A stretch of DNA of 64,000 nt from Gemmatimonadota bacterium (GTDB lineage Bacteria > Gemmatimonadota > Gemmatimonadetes > Gemmatimonadales > GWC2-71-9), in contig CP070716.1 of assembly GCA_020350425.1 (NCBI GenBank), forward strand, positions 2,591,382 to 2,655,381. Direction: 5' to 3'. Shown in pieces: positions 1 through 9,557 of this stretch; position 1 is the first letter of the stretch; every line of letters starts with the position of its first letter. The translations under genes and the position numbers were made by a program. The notes under the pieces are model-generated. The model was given only the letters and a program-made list of their open reading frames with translations. It did no database searches and was not told the origin of the DNA.

Positions 1-11
1 GACCGTGTACT

Positions 12-1247
12 TCACGCCGCCTCCAGCACCGCCAGGGTCTCGACGTGGCTCGTCTGGGGAAACAGGTCGAACGCCGTGACCGCGGCGAGCCCAAGGCTCG
101 GCATCCGCGCCAGGTCGCGGGCCAGCGTGGCCGGATCACACGACACATAACTCAGCCGCGCCCCGGGGGAGCCTGCGGCCCACCGCTCGAGCGCGGCAGC
201 GACCGCCTTGGCCATCCCGGCGCGCGGTGGGTTCACCACCACCGCCCCGGGCTCCGGGAGGCGATGCAGCGACTCCTCCACCCGGCCGGCGACCCGCTCC
301 ACGGTCCCCCGTTCCACGCCACTCAGTTTCTGCTTCCGGGCCCACTCGATGGCCCGCCGATCGGCGTCGACCGTCCAGACACGCGCTCCACGCTGGGCGA
401 GGAGCTCAGCGGTGTCCCCCACGCCGCCGTACAGGTCCCACACGACCTTTCCCTCCACCACGCCCAACGCATCCGCCGCCTCGCGGCGAATGCGCCATCC
501 AAACTCAGGGTACACCTGCTCGAAGGCGACGACCGGAAAGCCGCGCGCGTTGCCCGAGACCACCCGGGGGGCCCCTCCGCCAGGACGCCACCAGATGGAG
601 CAGCGCCACTCAGCCAGCGCCGCCGTCAACGGGGTGGCGTCCCAGGGGGCGGCGTCCGAGGTCTCGACCAGCACGTGCCATCCGCCGTCCCGGTCCTCGC
701 GCAGCGTGAGCGCGCTCACCGAGGCAGGAAGCCGCCGCCGCTCCCGACGCACGTGGGCCCACAGCTCCATCACCCGCTCCCGCGTGATGGGACAGTCTTC
801 CAGGTCGAACAGCCGGCCGGGGTCGTCGTAGCGGTGGAACCCGATTCGTCCCTGCCCCGCCGCCAGCGTCACACGCGTGCGGTAGCGCCATGCGCTGGGC
901 GCGGGCACGATCGCCGGATCGTCCACCGTGTACCCCGCGATGCGACGCAGCGCGTCGCCCACGATGCGGCGTTTCGCCTCGAGCTGCGCGGCCGGTGCGA
1001 GGTGTTGCAGCTGGCAGCCGCCGCAGCCATCGGCCTGGTAGTGGCGGCAGGGCGGCTCCACGCGCTCCGCACCGGAGGCCGACCGCCGCCGCACACGAGC
1101 CCGGGCAAAGCGGCGCTTGCGCTCCACGATCTCGAGATCGACCTGGTCCCCCGGGGCGGTCCGGGGCACGAACACCGTCATCCCGTCCGCCAGATGGCCC
1201 ACGCCATCGCCCCCGGCCGCGATGCGCTCAATGGTGACGGCAGTCAT
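12..1247 (-). CDS. rlmD: 23S rRNA (uracil-5-)-methyltransferase, RlmD/RumA family
   Basis: 411-aa ORF. TRAM-like N-terminus, Fe-S cysteine cluster CRHYQADGCGGCQLQH and SAM-binding motif DLYGGVGD. ATG at 1247 forms an ATGA overlap with the accC stop. Confidence 0.85.
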   Translation of the reverse strand: MTAVTIERIAAGGDGVGHLADGMTVFVPRTAPGDQVDLEIVERKRRFARARVRRRSASGAERVEPPCRHYQADGCGGCQLQHLAPAAQLEAKRRIVGDALRRIAGYTVDDPAIVPAPSAWRYRTRVTLAAGQGRIGFHRYDDPGRLFDLEDCPITRERVMELWAHVRRERRRLPASVSALTLREDRDGGWHVLVETSDAAPWDATPLTAALAEWRCSIWWRPGGGAPRVVSGNARGFPVVAFEQVYPEFGWRIRREAADALGVVEGKVVWDLYGGVGDTAELLAQRGARVWTVDADRRAIEWARKQKLSGVERGTVERVAGRVEESLHRLPEPGAVVVNPPRAGMAKAVAAALERWAAGSPGARLSYVSCDPATLARDLARMPSLGLAAVTAFDLFPQTSHVETLAVLEAA

Positions 1248-2749
1248 CGGAGTCCGCGCAGGCGGGCGACGCGCAGCCAGGGGCTCTCGCTCGGCCCCGC
1301 CTTGTCGTTCTCGACCAGCGGCACCATCGCACTTCTCGCTTCGTCCTCGGCGAGCGCCGCCGCCACGGCGATCTGCTGCAGCTCTTCCTCGCTTGGCTCG
1401 GGCGAGAGAAGCTCACCACCCACCCGCTCCAGGTACCCGATGTCGTACGCACCGCTCAGGAAGCCGGCTTCGTCCATCACCCGCCGGTGAAACGGCTGCG
1501 ACGTCGGCACCCCCACGACGACGAGCTCGTCGAGAGCACGACGCATGCGCCGGATCGCCCGCTCCCTGGTCTCCCCCCACGTGATGAGCTTTCCGAGCAA
1601 CGAGTCGTAGTACAGCTGGATCTCGCTGCCGGTCTCCACGCCGGCGTCCCACCGCACCCCCGGCCCCGAGGGGGTGTGGAGGTAGTCGATCCGGCCGGTA
1701 GCGGGGAGGAAGTTGGCAAATGGATCTTCGGCGGTGATGCGGCACTCGATGGCGTGTCCGCGCGGCCGCATGGGACGATTGGGGCACGTCATCGGCTCAC
1801 CCGCGGCGATGCGCAGCTGCTCCCGTACGATGTCGACCCCATAGACCATCTCGGTGATGGGATGCTCCACCTGCAGCCGCGTGTTCATCTCGAGGAAGTA
1901 GAACTTCCCGGCCGGATCGAGCAGAAATTCCACGGTTCCGGCACTGAGATAGCCCACGGCCTGCGCCGCCTTCACGGCAGCCTCGCCCATGCGCAGCCGC
2001 AGATCCAGGTCCACCGCCGTGGACGGTGACTCCTCGATCAGCTTCTGGTGGCGGCGCTGGACGGAGCACTCCCGCTCGCCCAGGTGAATCGTGTTCCCGA
2101 AGCGGTCGGCCAGCACCTGGATCTCCACGTGGCGCGGGCGCTCGACGAGCTTCTCCAGGTAGATCGCCTCGTCACCGAAGGCCGATCGCGCCTCCGACGC
2201 AGCCTGCACGAACCCCTTGCGCACCTCACCGGCCGTGGCCGCCACCCGCATACCCTTGCCGCCGCCTCCGGCGGCGGCCTTGAGCAGCACGGGGAAGCCG
2301 ATCTCGTCGGCGGCCCGCAGCGCGGCCTCGACGTCCGGCAGCGGCTCCGTAGTGCCCGGCACGATGGGTACGCCGGCCTTCGCCATGCGACGCCGCGCCT
2401 CGGTCTTCTCACCCATGGCCCGGATGGCCGACGCCGGCGGGCCGATGAACGCAAGCCCCGCCCGCTGCGCGGCCTCGGCGAAGTGGGCCTGCTCGGCCAG
2501 AAAGCCGTACCCGGGATGAACGGCGTCGGCGCCCGTCCGGCGCGCCGCCTCGAGCAATCGCTCCACGCTGAGGTACGACTCGCTCGCCGGCGCCGGCCCG
2601 ATCTCGACGGCGGCGTCGGCAGCCTTGACGTGCGGGCTCAGCCGGTCGGCCTCGGAGTAGACGGCGACCGCTTCCACACCCTCTTCGTGGCAGGCCCGGA
2701 TGATGCGGAGTGCGATCTCTCCCCGGTTGGCGACGAGAACGCGGTTCAT
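1244..2749 (-). CDS. accC: biotin carboxylase subunit of an acyl-CoA carboxylase
   Basis: N-terminus MNRVLVANRGEIALRIIRA and ATP-grasp glycine loop GGGGKGMRV. 501 aa with a C-terminal extension of about 50 aa; no biotinyl (AMKM) motif seen. Confidence 0.9.
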   Translation of the reverse strand: MNRVLVANRGEIALRIIRACHEEGVEAVAVYSEADRLSPHVKAADAAVEIGPAPASESYLSVERLLEAARRTGADAVHPGYGFLAEQAHFAEAAQRAGLAFIGPPASAIRAMGEKTEARRRMAKAGVPIVPGTTEPLPDVEAALRAADEIGFPVLLKAAAGGGGKGMRVAATAGEVRKGFVQAASEARSAFGDEAIYLEKLVERPRHVEIQVLADRFGNTIHLGERECSVQRRHQKLIEESPSTAVDLDLRLRMGEAAVKAAQAVGYLSAGTVEFLLDPAGKFYFLEMNTRLQVEHPITEMVYGVDIVREQLRIAAGEPMTCPNRPMRPRGHAIECRITAEDPFANFLPATGRIDYLHTPSGPGVRWDAGVETGSEIQLYYDSLLGKLITWGETRERAIRRMRRALDELVVVGVPTSQPFHRRVMDEAGFLSGAYDIGYLERVGGELLSPEPSEEELQQIAVAAALAEDEARSAMVPLVENDKAGPSESPWLRVARLRGLR

Positions 2750-2920
2750 GGGTGGCTCGACGTGCCGAGCAACGACCGCCGCGGCGGGACTAGCGAGGGT
2801 GGGGTGCCGCCTGAGCGAGCCTCAGAGCGCGTTTCGCGTGGTGCCGAACTGGTCGGTGGCGCGGCCGGCTCTGGAGCCCGCGAAGGCGGCATCCCAGCCG
2901 AGCACCTCCGACGGCGGCGA

Positions 2921-4471
2921 TCACAGCGGAATGTTGCCATGCTTGCGCGGGTGCACGCTCTGCCGCTTGGTCAGCAGGGTCTGGAGTGCCGAGATGAGGC
3001 GCGGCCGGGTCTCGCGCGGGTCGATCACGTCATCGAGGAAGCCGCGGGCAGCCGCAAGGTACGGGTTGGCGAACTTGTCGCGGTACTCCGCCACCACCTC
3101 GTCGAGCTTGGCATCGGGATCGCTGGCCGCGGCGAGATCCCGCTTGAACAGGATCTCCGCCGCACCCTTCGGCCCCATCACCGCGATCTCGGCGGTCGGC
3201 CACCCGATGTTGAAGTCGCCCCGCACGTGGCGCGAGCTCATCACGTCGTACGCCCCGCCGTACGCCTTGCGAGTGATCACCGTGAGCTTCGGCACCGTGG
3301 CCTCGGCGTAGGAATAGAGCAGCTTGGCGCCCTGCTTGATGATGCCGCCGTGCTCCTGATCCACTCCCGGCAGGAATCCAGGCACGTCTTCGAAGGTGAG
3401 CAACGGGATGTTGAACGCGTCGCAGAACCGAATGAACCGGGCGCCCTTGCCCGACGCCTTGATGTCGAGCACGCCGGCCAGCATGGCCGGCTGGTTGGCG
3501 ATGACCCCCACCGGATGCCCCGCCAGCCGCGCGAATCCCACGATCAGGTTCGTCGCGTACTCCCTGTGGACCTCCAGCAGCTCGCCGTCATCCACCACGC
3601 GCCGGATCACCTCGTGCATGTCGTACGGCTTGTTGGGGTTGTCCGGCACGATCGTGAGCAGCTCCTCGTCGCGCCGATCGGGCGGGTCCTGCGTGTGTCG
3701 CACGGGCGGGCTGTCCACGTTGTTGCCCGGGACGAACCCCAGCAGGCGCCGGATCTCGTTGAGGCATTCCACCTCCGAGTCGTGCGCGAAGTGCGCTACA
3801 CCCGACACCGACGCGTGCACGTCGGCCCCTCCCAGCTCCTCGTGCGTAACGTCCTCGTGGGTCACGGTCTTCACCACGTTCGGACCCGTCACGAACATGT
3901 ACGAGATCCCGCGCACCATGAACACGAAGTCGGTAATCGCGGGACTGTACACCGCGCCACCCGCGCAGGGCCCGAGGATCGCGCTGATCTGCGGCACCAC
4001 GCCCGACGTGAGCGTGTTGCGCAGGAAGATGTCGGCGTAACCTCCCAGCGAGACGACGCCCTCCTGAATGCGGGCGCCACCGGAGTCGTTCAGTCCGATG
4101 ATGGGGGCGCCGTTCTGCACGGCGAGGTCCATCACCTTGCAGATCTTCTCGGCGTGCGCTTCCGCAAGCGACCCGCCGAACACGGTGAAGTCCTGGGAGA
4201 AGACGTACACCAGGCGCCCGTCGACCCGGCCATAGCCGGTCACGACGCCGTCACCCAGGATCTTCTGCTTCTCGAGGCCGAAATCGGTGGAGCGGTGGGT
4301 CACGAACCGATCCAGCTCGACGAACGAGCCGGGGTCGAGCAGCAGATCGAGCCGCTCGCGGGCGGTCAGCTTTCCCTTGGCGTGTTGTTGCGCCACACGC
4401 TCCTCACCTCCGCCCTGTTCCGATTCAGAGCGGAGGCGATGGAGCGTGTCGAGCTTCTGTTGGATGGTCAC
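2921..4471 (-). CDS. acyl-CoA carboxylase carboxyltransferase subunit (propionyl-CoA carboxylase beta / methylmalonyl-CoA carboxyltransferase family)
   Basis: 516 aa. [25 protein letters not shown] near the N-terminus and the family-typical C-terminus KHGNIPL. GTG start at 4471. Confidence 0.9.
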   Translation of the reverse strand: MTIQQKLDTLHRLRSESEQGGGEERVAQQHAKGKLTARERLDLLLDPGSFVELDRFVTHRSTDFGLEKQKILGDGVVTGYGRVDGRLVYVFSQDFTVFGGSLAEAHAEKICKVMDLAVQNGAPIIGLNDSGGARIQEGVVSLGGYADIFLRNTLTSGVVPQISAILGPCAGGAVYSPAITDFVFMVRGISYMFVTGPNVVKTVTHEDVTHEELGGADVHASVSGVAHFAHDSEVECLNEIRRLLGFVPGNNVDSPPVRHTQDPPDRRDEELLTIVPDNPNKPYDMHEVIRRVVDDGELLEVHREYATNLIVGFARLAGHPVGVIANQPAMLAGVLDIKASGKGARFIRFCDAFNIPLLTFEDVPGFLPGVDQEHGGIIKQGAKLLYSYAEATVPKLTVITRKAYGGAYDVMSSRHVRGDFNIGWPTAEIAVMGPKGAAEILFKRDLAAASDPDAKLDEVVAEYRDKFANPYLAAARGFLDDVIDPRETRPRLISALQTLLTKRQSVHPRKHGNIPL

Positions 4472-4519
4472 GAGAACACCGGGACACGTGGGGTTGTGAG
4501 TGTCACCGGACGCATCGGC

Positions 4520-6382
4520 TTACTCGGAGGCCGGTTCCGACTTCGCTTCCGTGTCCTCGCCGACCTCGTCGGCCGACGCCTCGGGTTCCGCTGCCTCGTC
4601 CGACGCCTCCGGCGTTGCGTCCGTCTCCGCCTCGGCCGCTGCTTCGGCTTCGACCTCTGCCTCCGGCTGCGTCACGATTTCCTCGGCGGGCATCTCCATG
4701 AACTCCGTGGCCGCCAGAATGATCCGATGGTGGATCGGGTCGACCTCCAGCACCTTGAGCGCGACGCCCTGCCCGGGACGAGTCTCCTGCTCGGCGGTCT
4801 TTCCGTCGGTCAGCGGCAGCTGGGACTGCGGCACGAAGCCCTCCAGATCGTCGCCCAGGTCCGCCACGATCCCGCTGTCCTGATAGCGCACGATCTTGCC
4901 CTCGACCTCCATCCCCACCGGATGGGTCTCGGCAATCTTGAGCCACGGATCTTCCTGGAGCTGCTTGAGACCGAGCGAGATGCGCTTGTTCTCGGGATCG
5001 ATGTTCAGGATGGAGACCTCGACGGTGTCTCCCTTCTTGACGATCTCCGACGGATGCTGCACCCGCTTGGTCCACGACATGTCAGAGATGTGAATCAAGC
5101 CATCGATACCGGGCTCGATCTCGACGAAGGCGCCGAACGACGTGAGGTTGCGCACCTTGCCGGTGATCCGCGTGCCCACCGGGTACTTCATTGGGAGCAT
5201 CATCCACGGATCCTGCTCCGTCTGCTTCATGCCGAGGGAGATCTTCTCCTCCTGCGGATCCACCTTCAGCACGACGGCCTCGATGGTCTCGCCGATCGAA
5301 ACGACCTTGGAGGGATGCCGCACGTTGCGCGTCCAGCTCATCTCACTGATGTGGACCAGCCCCTCGATGCCGGGCTCCAATTCCACGAACGCGCCGTAGT
5401 TCGTGATGCTCACGACCTTGCCCTGCACCCGGGCGCCGACCGGATACCGCTCGCCGACGTTCTCCCACGGGTACGAGTGCAGTTGCTTGAGCCCCAGGGA
5501 GATGCGCTCCCGGTCCCAATCGATGTCGAGCACCTTCACCTCGATCTCCTGCCCCAACTCGACCATCTCCGACGGATGGGACACACGACCCCAGCTCATG
5601 TCGGTGATGTGCAGCAGTCCGTCCACGCCGCCCAGATCGATGAACGCCCCGAAGTCGGTCACGTTCTTCACGATGCCCTTGCGGGCCTGCCCCACCTCCA
5701 GCTCCTTCATCAGGAACTCGCGCTTGTGGGCGCGCTCCGCCTCCAGGATCACTCGGCGCGAGACCACGATGTTGCGGCGGCGCTTGTTGAGCTTGATGAT
5801 CTTGAAGCGGTAGCTCTTCCCGAGCAGCTCGTCGATATTGGGGACGCGCCGCAGGGCAATCTGGCTGCCCGGCAGGAAGGCGTCGACGCCCATCAGATCG
5901 ACGACGACACCGCCCTTGATCTTCTTCTGCAGCGTGCCCTCCACGGGCTCGTCATTCTCGTAGGCCTGGCGGATCTTCTCCCACACCCGCATGAAGTCGG
6001 CCTTCTTCTTGGAGAGCACGATCGAGCCCTCCTCGTCCTCGAGGCGCTCGAGCAGAACATCGACTTCCTCGCCGGGCTGGACCGACTTCGGATCCTTAAA
6101 CTCCTCGATCGAGACTGCGCCCTCCGACTTGAAGCCGACGTCGAGAATGACGTGGCTCTCGGTGACGCGCAGCACCTTCGATTTGACGATCTCCCCTTCC
6201 TGAATGCTCTGCAGCGTACCCTCGTACAGCTGCAGCATCTGCTGGTACTCCTCGTCGGAGTAGTCCTCGTCGTACAGGTCGGGGCGAACGGGGAATGGCG
6301 TCGTGCTGTCGGACGCGGGATCGTGGGCCACGTCGGCCGGTGACGTGGGTTCAGGTGAGGTTTCGACCATCGGTTGTGTCAA
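4520..6382 (-). CDS. rpsA: 30S ribosomal protein S1
   Basis: Repeated S1 domains with FGAF(V/I)(E/D)L...GL(L/V/I)HIS(D/E)MSW signatures. The ORF-track start is TTG at 6382; an alternative ATG lies at 6370. Acidic low-complexity C-terminal tail. Confidence 0.95.
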   Translation of the reverse strand: MTQPMVETSPEPTSPADVAHDPASDSTTPFPVRPDLYDEDYSDEEYQQMLQLYEGTLQSIQEGEIVKSKVLRVTESHVILDVGFKSEGAVSIEEFKDPKSVQPGEEVDVLLERLEDEEGSIVLSKKKADFMRVWEKIRQAYENDEPVEGTLQKKIKGGVVVDLMGVDAFLPGSQIALRRVPNIDELLGKSYRFKIIKLNKRRRNIVVSRRVILEAERAHKREFLMKELEVGQARKGIVKNVTDFGAFIDLGGVDGLLHITDMSWGRVSHPSEMVELGQEIEVKVLDIDWDRERISLGLKQLHSYPWENVGERYPVGARVQGKVVSITNYGAFVELEPGIEGLVHISEMSWTRNVRHPSKVVSIGETIEAVVLKVDPQEEKISLGMKQTEQDPWMMLPMKYPVGTRITGKVRNLTSFGAFVEIEPGIDGLIHISDMSWTKRVQHPSEIVKKGDTVEVSILNIDPENKRISLGLKQLQEDPWLKIAETHPVGMEVEGKIVRYQDSGIVADLGDDLEGFVPQSQLPLTDGKTAEQETRPGQGVALKVLEVDPIHHRIILAATEFMEMPAEEIVTQPEAEVEAEAAAEAETDATPEASDEAAEPEASADEVGEDTEAKSEPASE

Positions 6383-6449
6383 GGTTCCTACTTGTGGTGG
6401 TGCGGTTCACGGTTGTGGCGTCCGCCGAGGCGAACGCCGGGAGCCTCTG

Positions 6450-6478
6450 AGGATAGACCGCGCTCGAAGCTATGTCAA
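6450..6478 (-). promoter_or_regulatory. sigma70-like promoter candidate for rpsA
   Basis: Minus strand reads TTGACA (6478-6473), 17 nt, TATCCT (6455-6450). It sits just downstream of the cmk stop and about 70-80 nt upstream of the rpsA start. Confidence 0.45.
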
Positions 6479-6479
6479 G

Positions 6480-7154
6480 CTAGGGAAAGAGGTTGCGGGC
6501 GCGATCCACGATGACCCGCACCTGCTGCTCGAAGCTCAAATCGGTGGTGTCGAGCACCACGGCGTCGGAGGCCCGCCGCAGCGGAGCCACCTCCCTCGTG
6601 GAGTCGTAGGCGTCCCGTCGCTCGAGCGCCTCGACCTCGCTGGCCACGGCGTCGGGATCGGGCACCCTGCCGTCCTGGAGCAGGCGACGCCGCGCCCGGA
6701 TGACCGGGTCCGCCACGAGGAAGATCTTGAGGACGGCGTCGGGGAAGACGACCGTTCCGATGTCCCGGCCGTCCAGCACGGCGCCACGCGGATGGCGCGC
6801 CACCGCCTCCCGGACCTCCTCATTCACCCACTCTCGCACCTCCGCCATCGCCGACACTTCGGACACCCGGGCGGTCACGCGGGCGGAGCGGATCTCTTGC
6901 GAGACGTCCACGCCGGCGATCTCCGGCCGGAATCCGGCATCGGTCAGGTCGAGGCGGATCGGCAGCGAGCGAGCCAGGGCAACCAGCCGCTGTCCACCGA
7001 GTTCGACCCCCGCGTCGAGCCCGGCCAGCGTGATGGCGCGGTAGAGCGCCCCGCTTTCTACGTGCGGTAGGTCCAGCTGTTCGGCCACCGCGGCGGCGGT
7101 GGTCGACTTCCCCGAGCCAGCGGGGCCATCGATCGCGAGTACACGGCTAGGCAT
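6480..7154 (-). CDS. cmk: cytidylate kinase
   Basis: P-loop LAIDGPAGSGKST. 224 aa, in the conserved aroA-cmk-rpsA order. Confidence 0.95.
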   Translation of the reverse strand: MPSRVLAIDGPAGSGKSTTAAAVAEQLDLPHVESGALYRAITLAGLDAGVELGGQRLVALARSLPIRLDLTDAGFRPEIAGVDVSQEIRSARVTARVSEVSAMAEVREWVNEEVREAVARHPRGAVLDGRDIGTVVFPDAVLKIFLVADPVIRARRRLLQDGRVPDPDAVASEVEALERRDAYDSTREVAPLRRASDAVVLDTTDLSFEQQVRVIVDRARNLFP

Positions 7155-8460
7155 TGACGCGAATCCGGGCGAGGTCCTCGAAGAATCCGGGGTAGCTTAT
7201 CGCGGCGGACGCGGTCTCGGATAGCTCCACGCGCGCGCCGGCGAGCGTGCCCAGCACCGCGAACGCCATGGTCAGGCGGTGGTCGCCGGCGGTCGTCACC
7301 CCGCCACGGGGCGGCCGGTCGGTCCCCTGCACCAGGAGATCGTCTCCCTCGACGTCGGCCTCCACTCCCAATGCCCGCAGGTTCGCCGCGATGAGTCCGA
7401 GACGGTCGCTCTCCTTGACGCGCAGCTCACCAACCGAACGGAATCGGGTTCTGCCCTCCGCGCGGGACGCCACGACCGCCAACAGTGGTACCTCGTCGAT
7501 CAGGCTGGGGATCTCCTGGGCCGCAATCTCGGTGGCGCGCAGGGCCGCGGGGCGAATCACCAGGTCGGCGACCGGCTCCCCGCCGGCATCGCCCTCCGCC
7601 CCGCGCTCCACCGAAGCCCCCATGCGCGCGAGCACCTCCAGGTATCCGGTGCGCGTCGGGTTCACGCCGACGCCCTGAACACGCAGCTCGCCCCGCTCCG
7701 CGAGCAGCGCCGCACCGACGAGGAACGCCGCGGAGGACGGATCGCCCGGCACGTCGAGCTCGAACGGGCGCAGGCGGGGCCAGCTCCCGGTGGGCGCGGC
7801 CAGCGTGACGGTGGTGCCCCGCACCGTCAGGTCGAACCCGAGGTGGGCGAGCAGGCGCTCGGTGTGATCCCGGGAGCGGATGGGCTCGGAGATCGTGACC
7901 TTCACACCTCCCGTGATGCCGGCCAGCAGCAGCGCGGTCTTGAGCTGGGCACTCGCCACCGGGGTATGGTAGCTGAAGTCCCGCAGCCGCCCGCCGCGGA
8001 TGCGCAGCGGCAGCCCGTCGCCCGCCTCCTCCTCGATGACGGCACCCATCGCGCGCAGCGGCGCGGTCACCCGGCGCATCGGCCGGCGCCTGAGCGAGGC
8101 GTCACCCGTCAGCCTCACAGCGATCGGCTGGCCCGCGATCGCCCCCAACAGCAGCCGCGCCGTGGTCCCCGAGTTGCCGCAGTGCAGGGTTCGCTGGGGG
8201 CTCTGCCAGCGTCTCCCCGCGACCACAACCGGCGTGCCGGGCCGAAGCCGGCCCACCTCGGCCCCCAGCCGGCGCAGAGCGCCCGCCGTGGCGCGCGCGT
8301 CGAGGGCGGTGAGCGCGCCGCGCAGCGTGACCCGGCTGTGCGCCAGGGCTCCCACGATCAGCGCCCGGTGGGTGATGCTCTTGTCGCCCGGCGGGCGGAC
8401 CGTGCCCCCGACCTTCACGGCTCGAACCTCCCGCGCCAGCCCGCCCCCTTCTCCAGCCAT
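7147..8460 (-). CDS. aroA: 3-phosphoshikimate 1-carboxyvinyltransferase (EPSP synthase)
   Basis: 437 aa with PPGDKSITHRALI near the N-terminus. The ATG at 8460 overlaps the tyrA 3' end by 46 nt, so the true start may be slightly downstream. Confidence 0.92.
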   Translation of the reverse strand: MAGEGGGLAREVRAVKVGGTVRPPGDKSITHRALIVGALAHSRVTLRGALTALDARATAGALRRLGAEVGRLRPGTPVVVAGRRWQSPQRTLHCGNSGTTARLLLGAIAGQPIAVRLTGDASLRRRPMRRVTAPLRAMGAVIEEEAGDGLPLRIRGGRLRDFSYHTPVASAQLKTALLLAGITGGVKVTISEPIRSRDHTERLLAHLGFDLTVRGTTVTLAAPTGSWPRLRPFELDVPGDPSSAAFLVGAALLAERGELRVQGVGVNPTRTGYLEVLARMGASVERGAEGDAGGEPVADLVIRPAALRATEIAAQEIPSLIDEVPLLAVVASRAEGRTRFRSVGELRVKESDRLGLIAANLRALGVEADVEGDDLLVQGTDRPPRGGVTTAGDHRLTMAFAVLGTLAGARVELSETASAAISYPGFFEDLARIRVNA

Positions 8461-9260
8461 CGCACCAGGGCCGCGCGGTCCCCATCCGACAGCGCCACCC
8501 GCAGCTCGTCGAGGCTCTGCTCCATCGCGTCCAGCGCTTCCAGCAGACCCTCGCGAGCCATGAGAAAGAGGTCAGCCCACGCCGCCCGGTTCTCGGGGGC
8601 CAGCCGGGTCTGTTCCAGGGCGCCGCGGCCGTAGGTCACGCCGTCGGGCCCCCACTCGGCCAGCACGCGGGCCAGCGCCGACGCCACCGCCCTCGGCAGC
8701 TGGCCGGTCCACGCCAGGAGCTCGTCGTGCCGCTCGGCACTGAGGGTGACGGGCGCCGCCCCAATCACCCGATGCCAGAAATCCGCGACCTCGGCGCCGG
8801 CCTCGTCGCCGCCGGGGAGGGGCGTCACATACACCAGCGCGCTCTCGAGCGCGTCGGGCGCGGCGGCGCCGAACCCGCTCCCGCTCAGATCCAAGAGGGG
8901 GTGCGATCCGGCGAAGCACGACTGCAGATCGAGCCGGTCAGCCAGCCGCACGATCGGCGCCTTCACGCGCATGACGTCGGTGCAGTAGACCTTGCGGCAC
9001 CTGAGCGGCTGCGCCAGCTCCTGCAGCAGTCCGAGCGTCGCCGTCGGGGGGGTCGCCAGGACGATCAGGTCGGCGACGCGCGCCACCCCCTGCAGGTCGT
9101 GAGCGATCTCGCTCACGACCCCCGCCCGTGCCGCTGCCGCACCGTCCTTGGTGCTGTGGGCCCAGCCGACGATGCGGGCGACGCCCGCCCTGGCGGCCCG
9201 GCACGCGATCGACCCGCCGACGGCTCCGAGCCCGATGATGCCGAGCGTGTGCGGGTGCAC
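8415..9260 (-). CDS. tyrA: prephenate dehydrogenase
   Basis: Rossmann motif IIGLGAVGGSIA. 281 aa, GTG start, adjacent to aroA. Confidence 0.8.
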   Translation of the reverse strand: MHPHTLGIIGLGAVGGSIACRAARAGVARIVGWAHSTKDGAAAARAGVVSEIAHDLQGVARVADLIVLATPPTATLGLLQELAQPLRCRKVYCTDVMRVKAPIVRLADRLDLQSCFAGSHPLLDLSGSGFGAAAPDALESALVYVTPLPGGDEAGAEVADFWHRVIGAAPVTLSAERHDELLAWTGQLPRAVASALARVLAEWGPDGVTYGRGALEQTRLAPENRAAWADLFLMAREGLLEALDAMEQSLDELRVALSDGDRAALVRWLEKGAGWRGRFEP

Positions 9261-9263
9261 GAC

Positions 9264-9557
9264 TCAGCGGGCGAGCCAGGCGCCGAGGAGGGCGACGGCC
9301 AGGGTCCCGACCGCGTATCCCATCAGAGGCGAGCGGCGCTTCCCCGCAGACACCGCGATGCGAGCCAGCGCCAGGTACGGGCCGCCGACCAGGATCAGCA
9401 CGCCCGCGGCGGAGAGCAGCCGTCCGCCCGCTCCACCGACCACGAGCCCCGACACGACGCCCGCCACCGCCAGCACCTGGCATGCCACCAGCAGCCACGA
9501 CAGGACGAGGCTCAGGCCGGTGCCGTCGGCCATCCGGTCAGAACGCGGCGAGTCCAC
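9264..9557 (-). CDS. small hydrophobic membrane protein, function unknown
   Basis: About 3 predicted TM segments and high third-position G+C. An alternative ATG at 9533 avoids the overlap with the upstream gene. Confidence 0.55.
   Translation of the reverse strand: MDSPRSDRMADGTGLSLVLSWLLVACQVLAVAGVVSGLVVGGAGGRLLSAAGVLILVGGPYLALARIAVSAGKRRSPLMGYAVGTLAVALLGAWLAR

Noticed and set aside
2746-2940. 64-aa Pro/Arg/Ser-rich ORF in the carboxyltransferase/accC spacer, ending in an ATGA overlap with accC
   Set aside because: Third-position G+C is about 70% by hand count, lower than real genes here. The composition is not protein-like and the SD spacing is poor. I kept only the separate in-frame-extension observation as a low-interest finding.
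4520-4700. Repetitive GCC/GAG-rich DNA at the 3' end of rpsA as a possible tandem repeat or CRISPR-like array
   Set aside because: It is simply the coding sequence of the acidic Glu/Ala-rich tail. There are no regular repeat-spacer units.
2048-6343. 1431-aa plus-strand ORF spanning the biotin carboxylase, carboxyltransferase and rpsA loci
   Set aside because: This is an antisense shadow ORF. Its codon position 1 coincides with codon position 3 of all three minus-strand genes, which happen to share one frame (I checked coordinates modulo 3). A stop in this frame would need sense codons TTA, CTA or TCA, which are rare at this G+C. The translation is Arg/Gly/Leu/His-rich with no recognisable motifs, while the opposite strand encodes textbook proteins.
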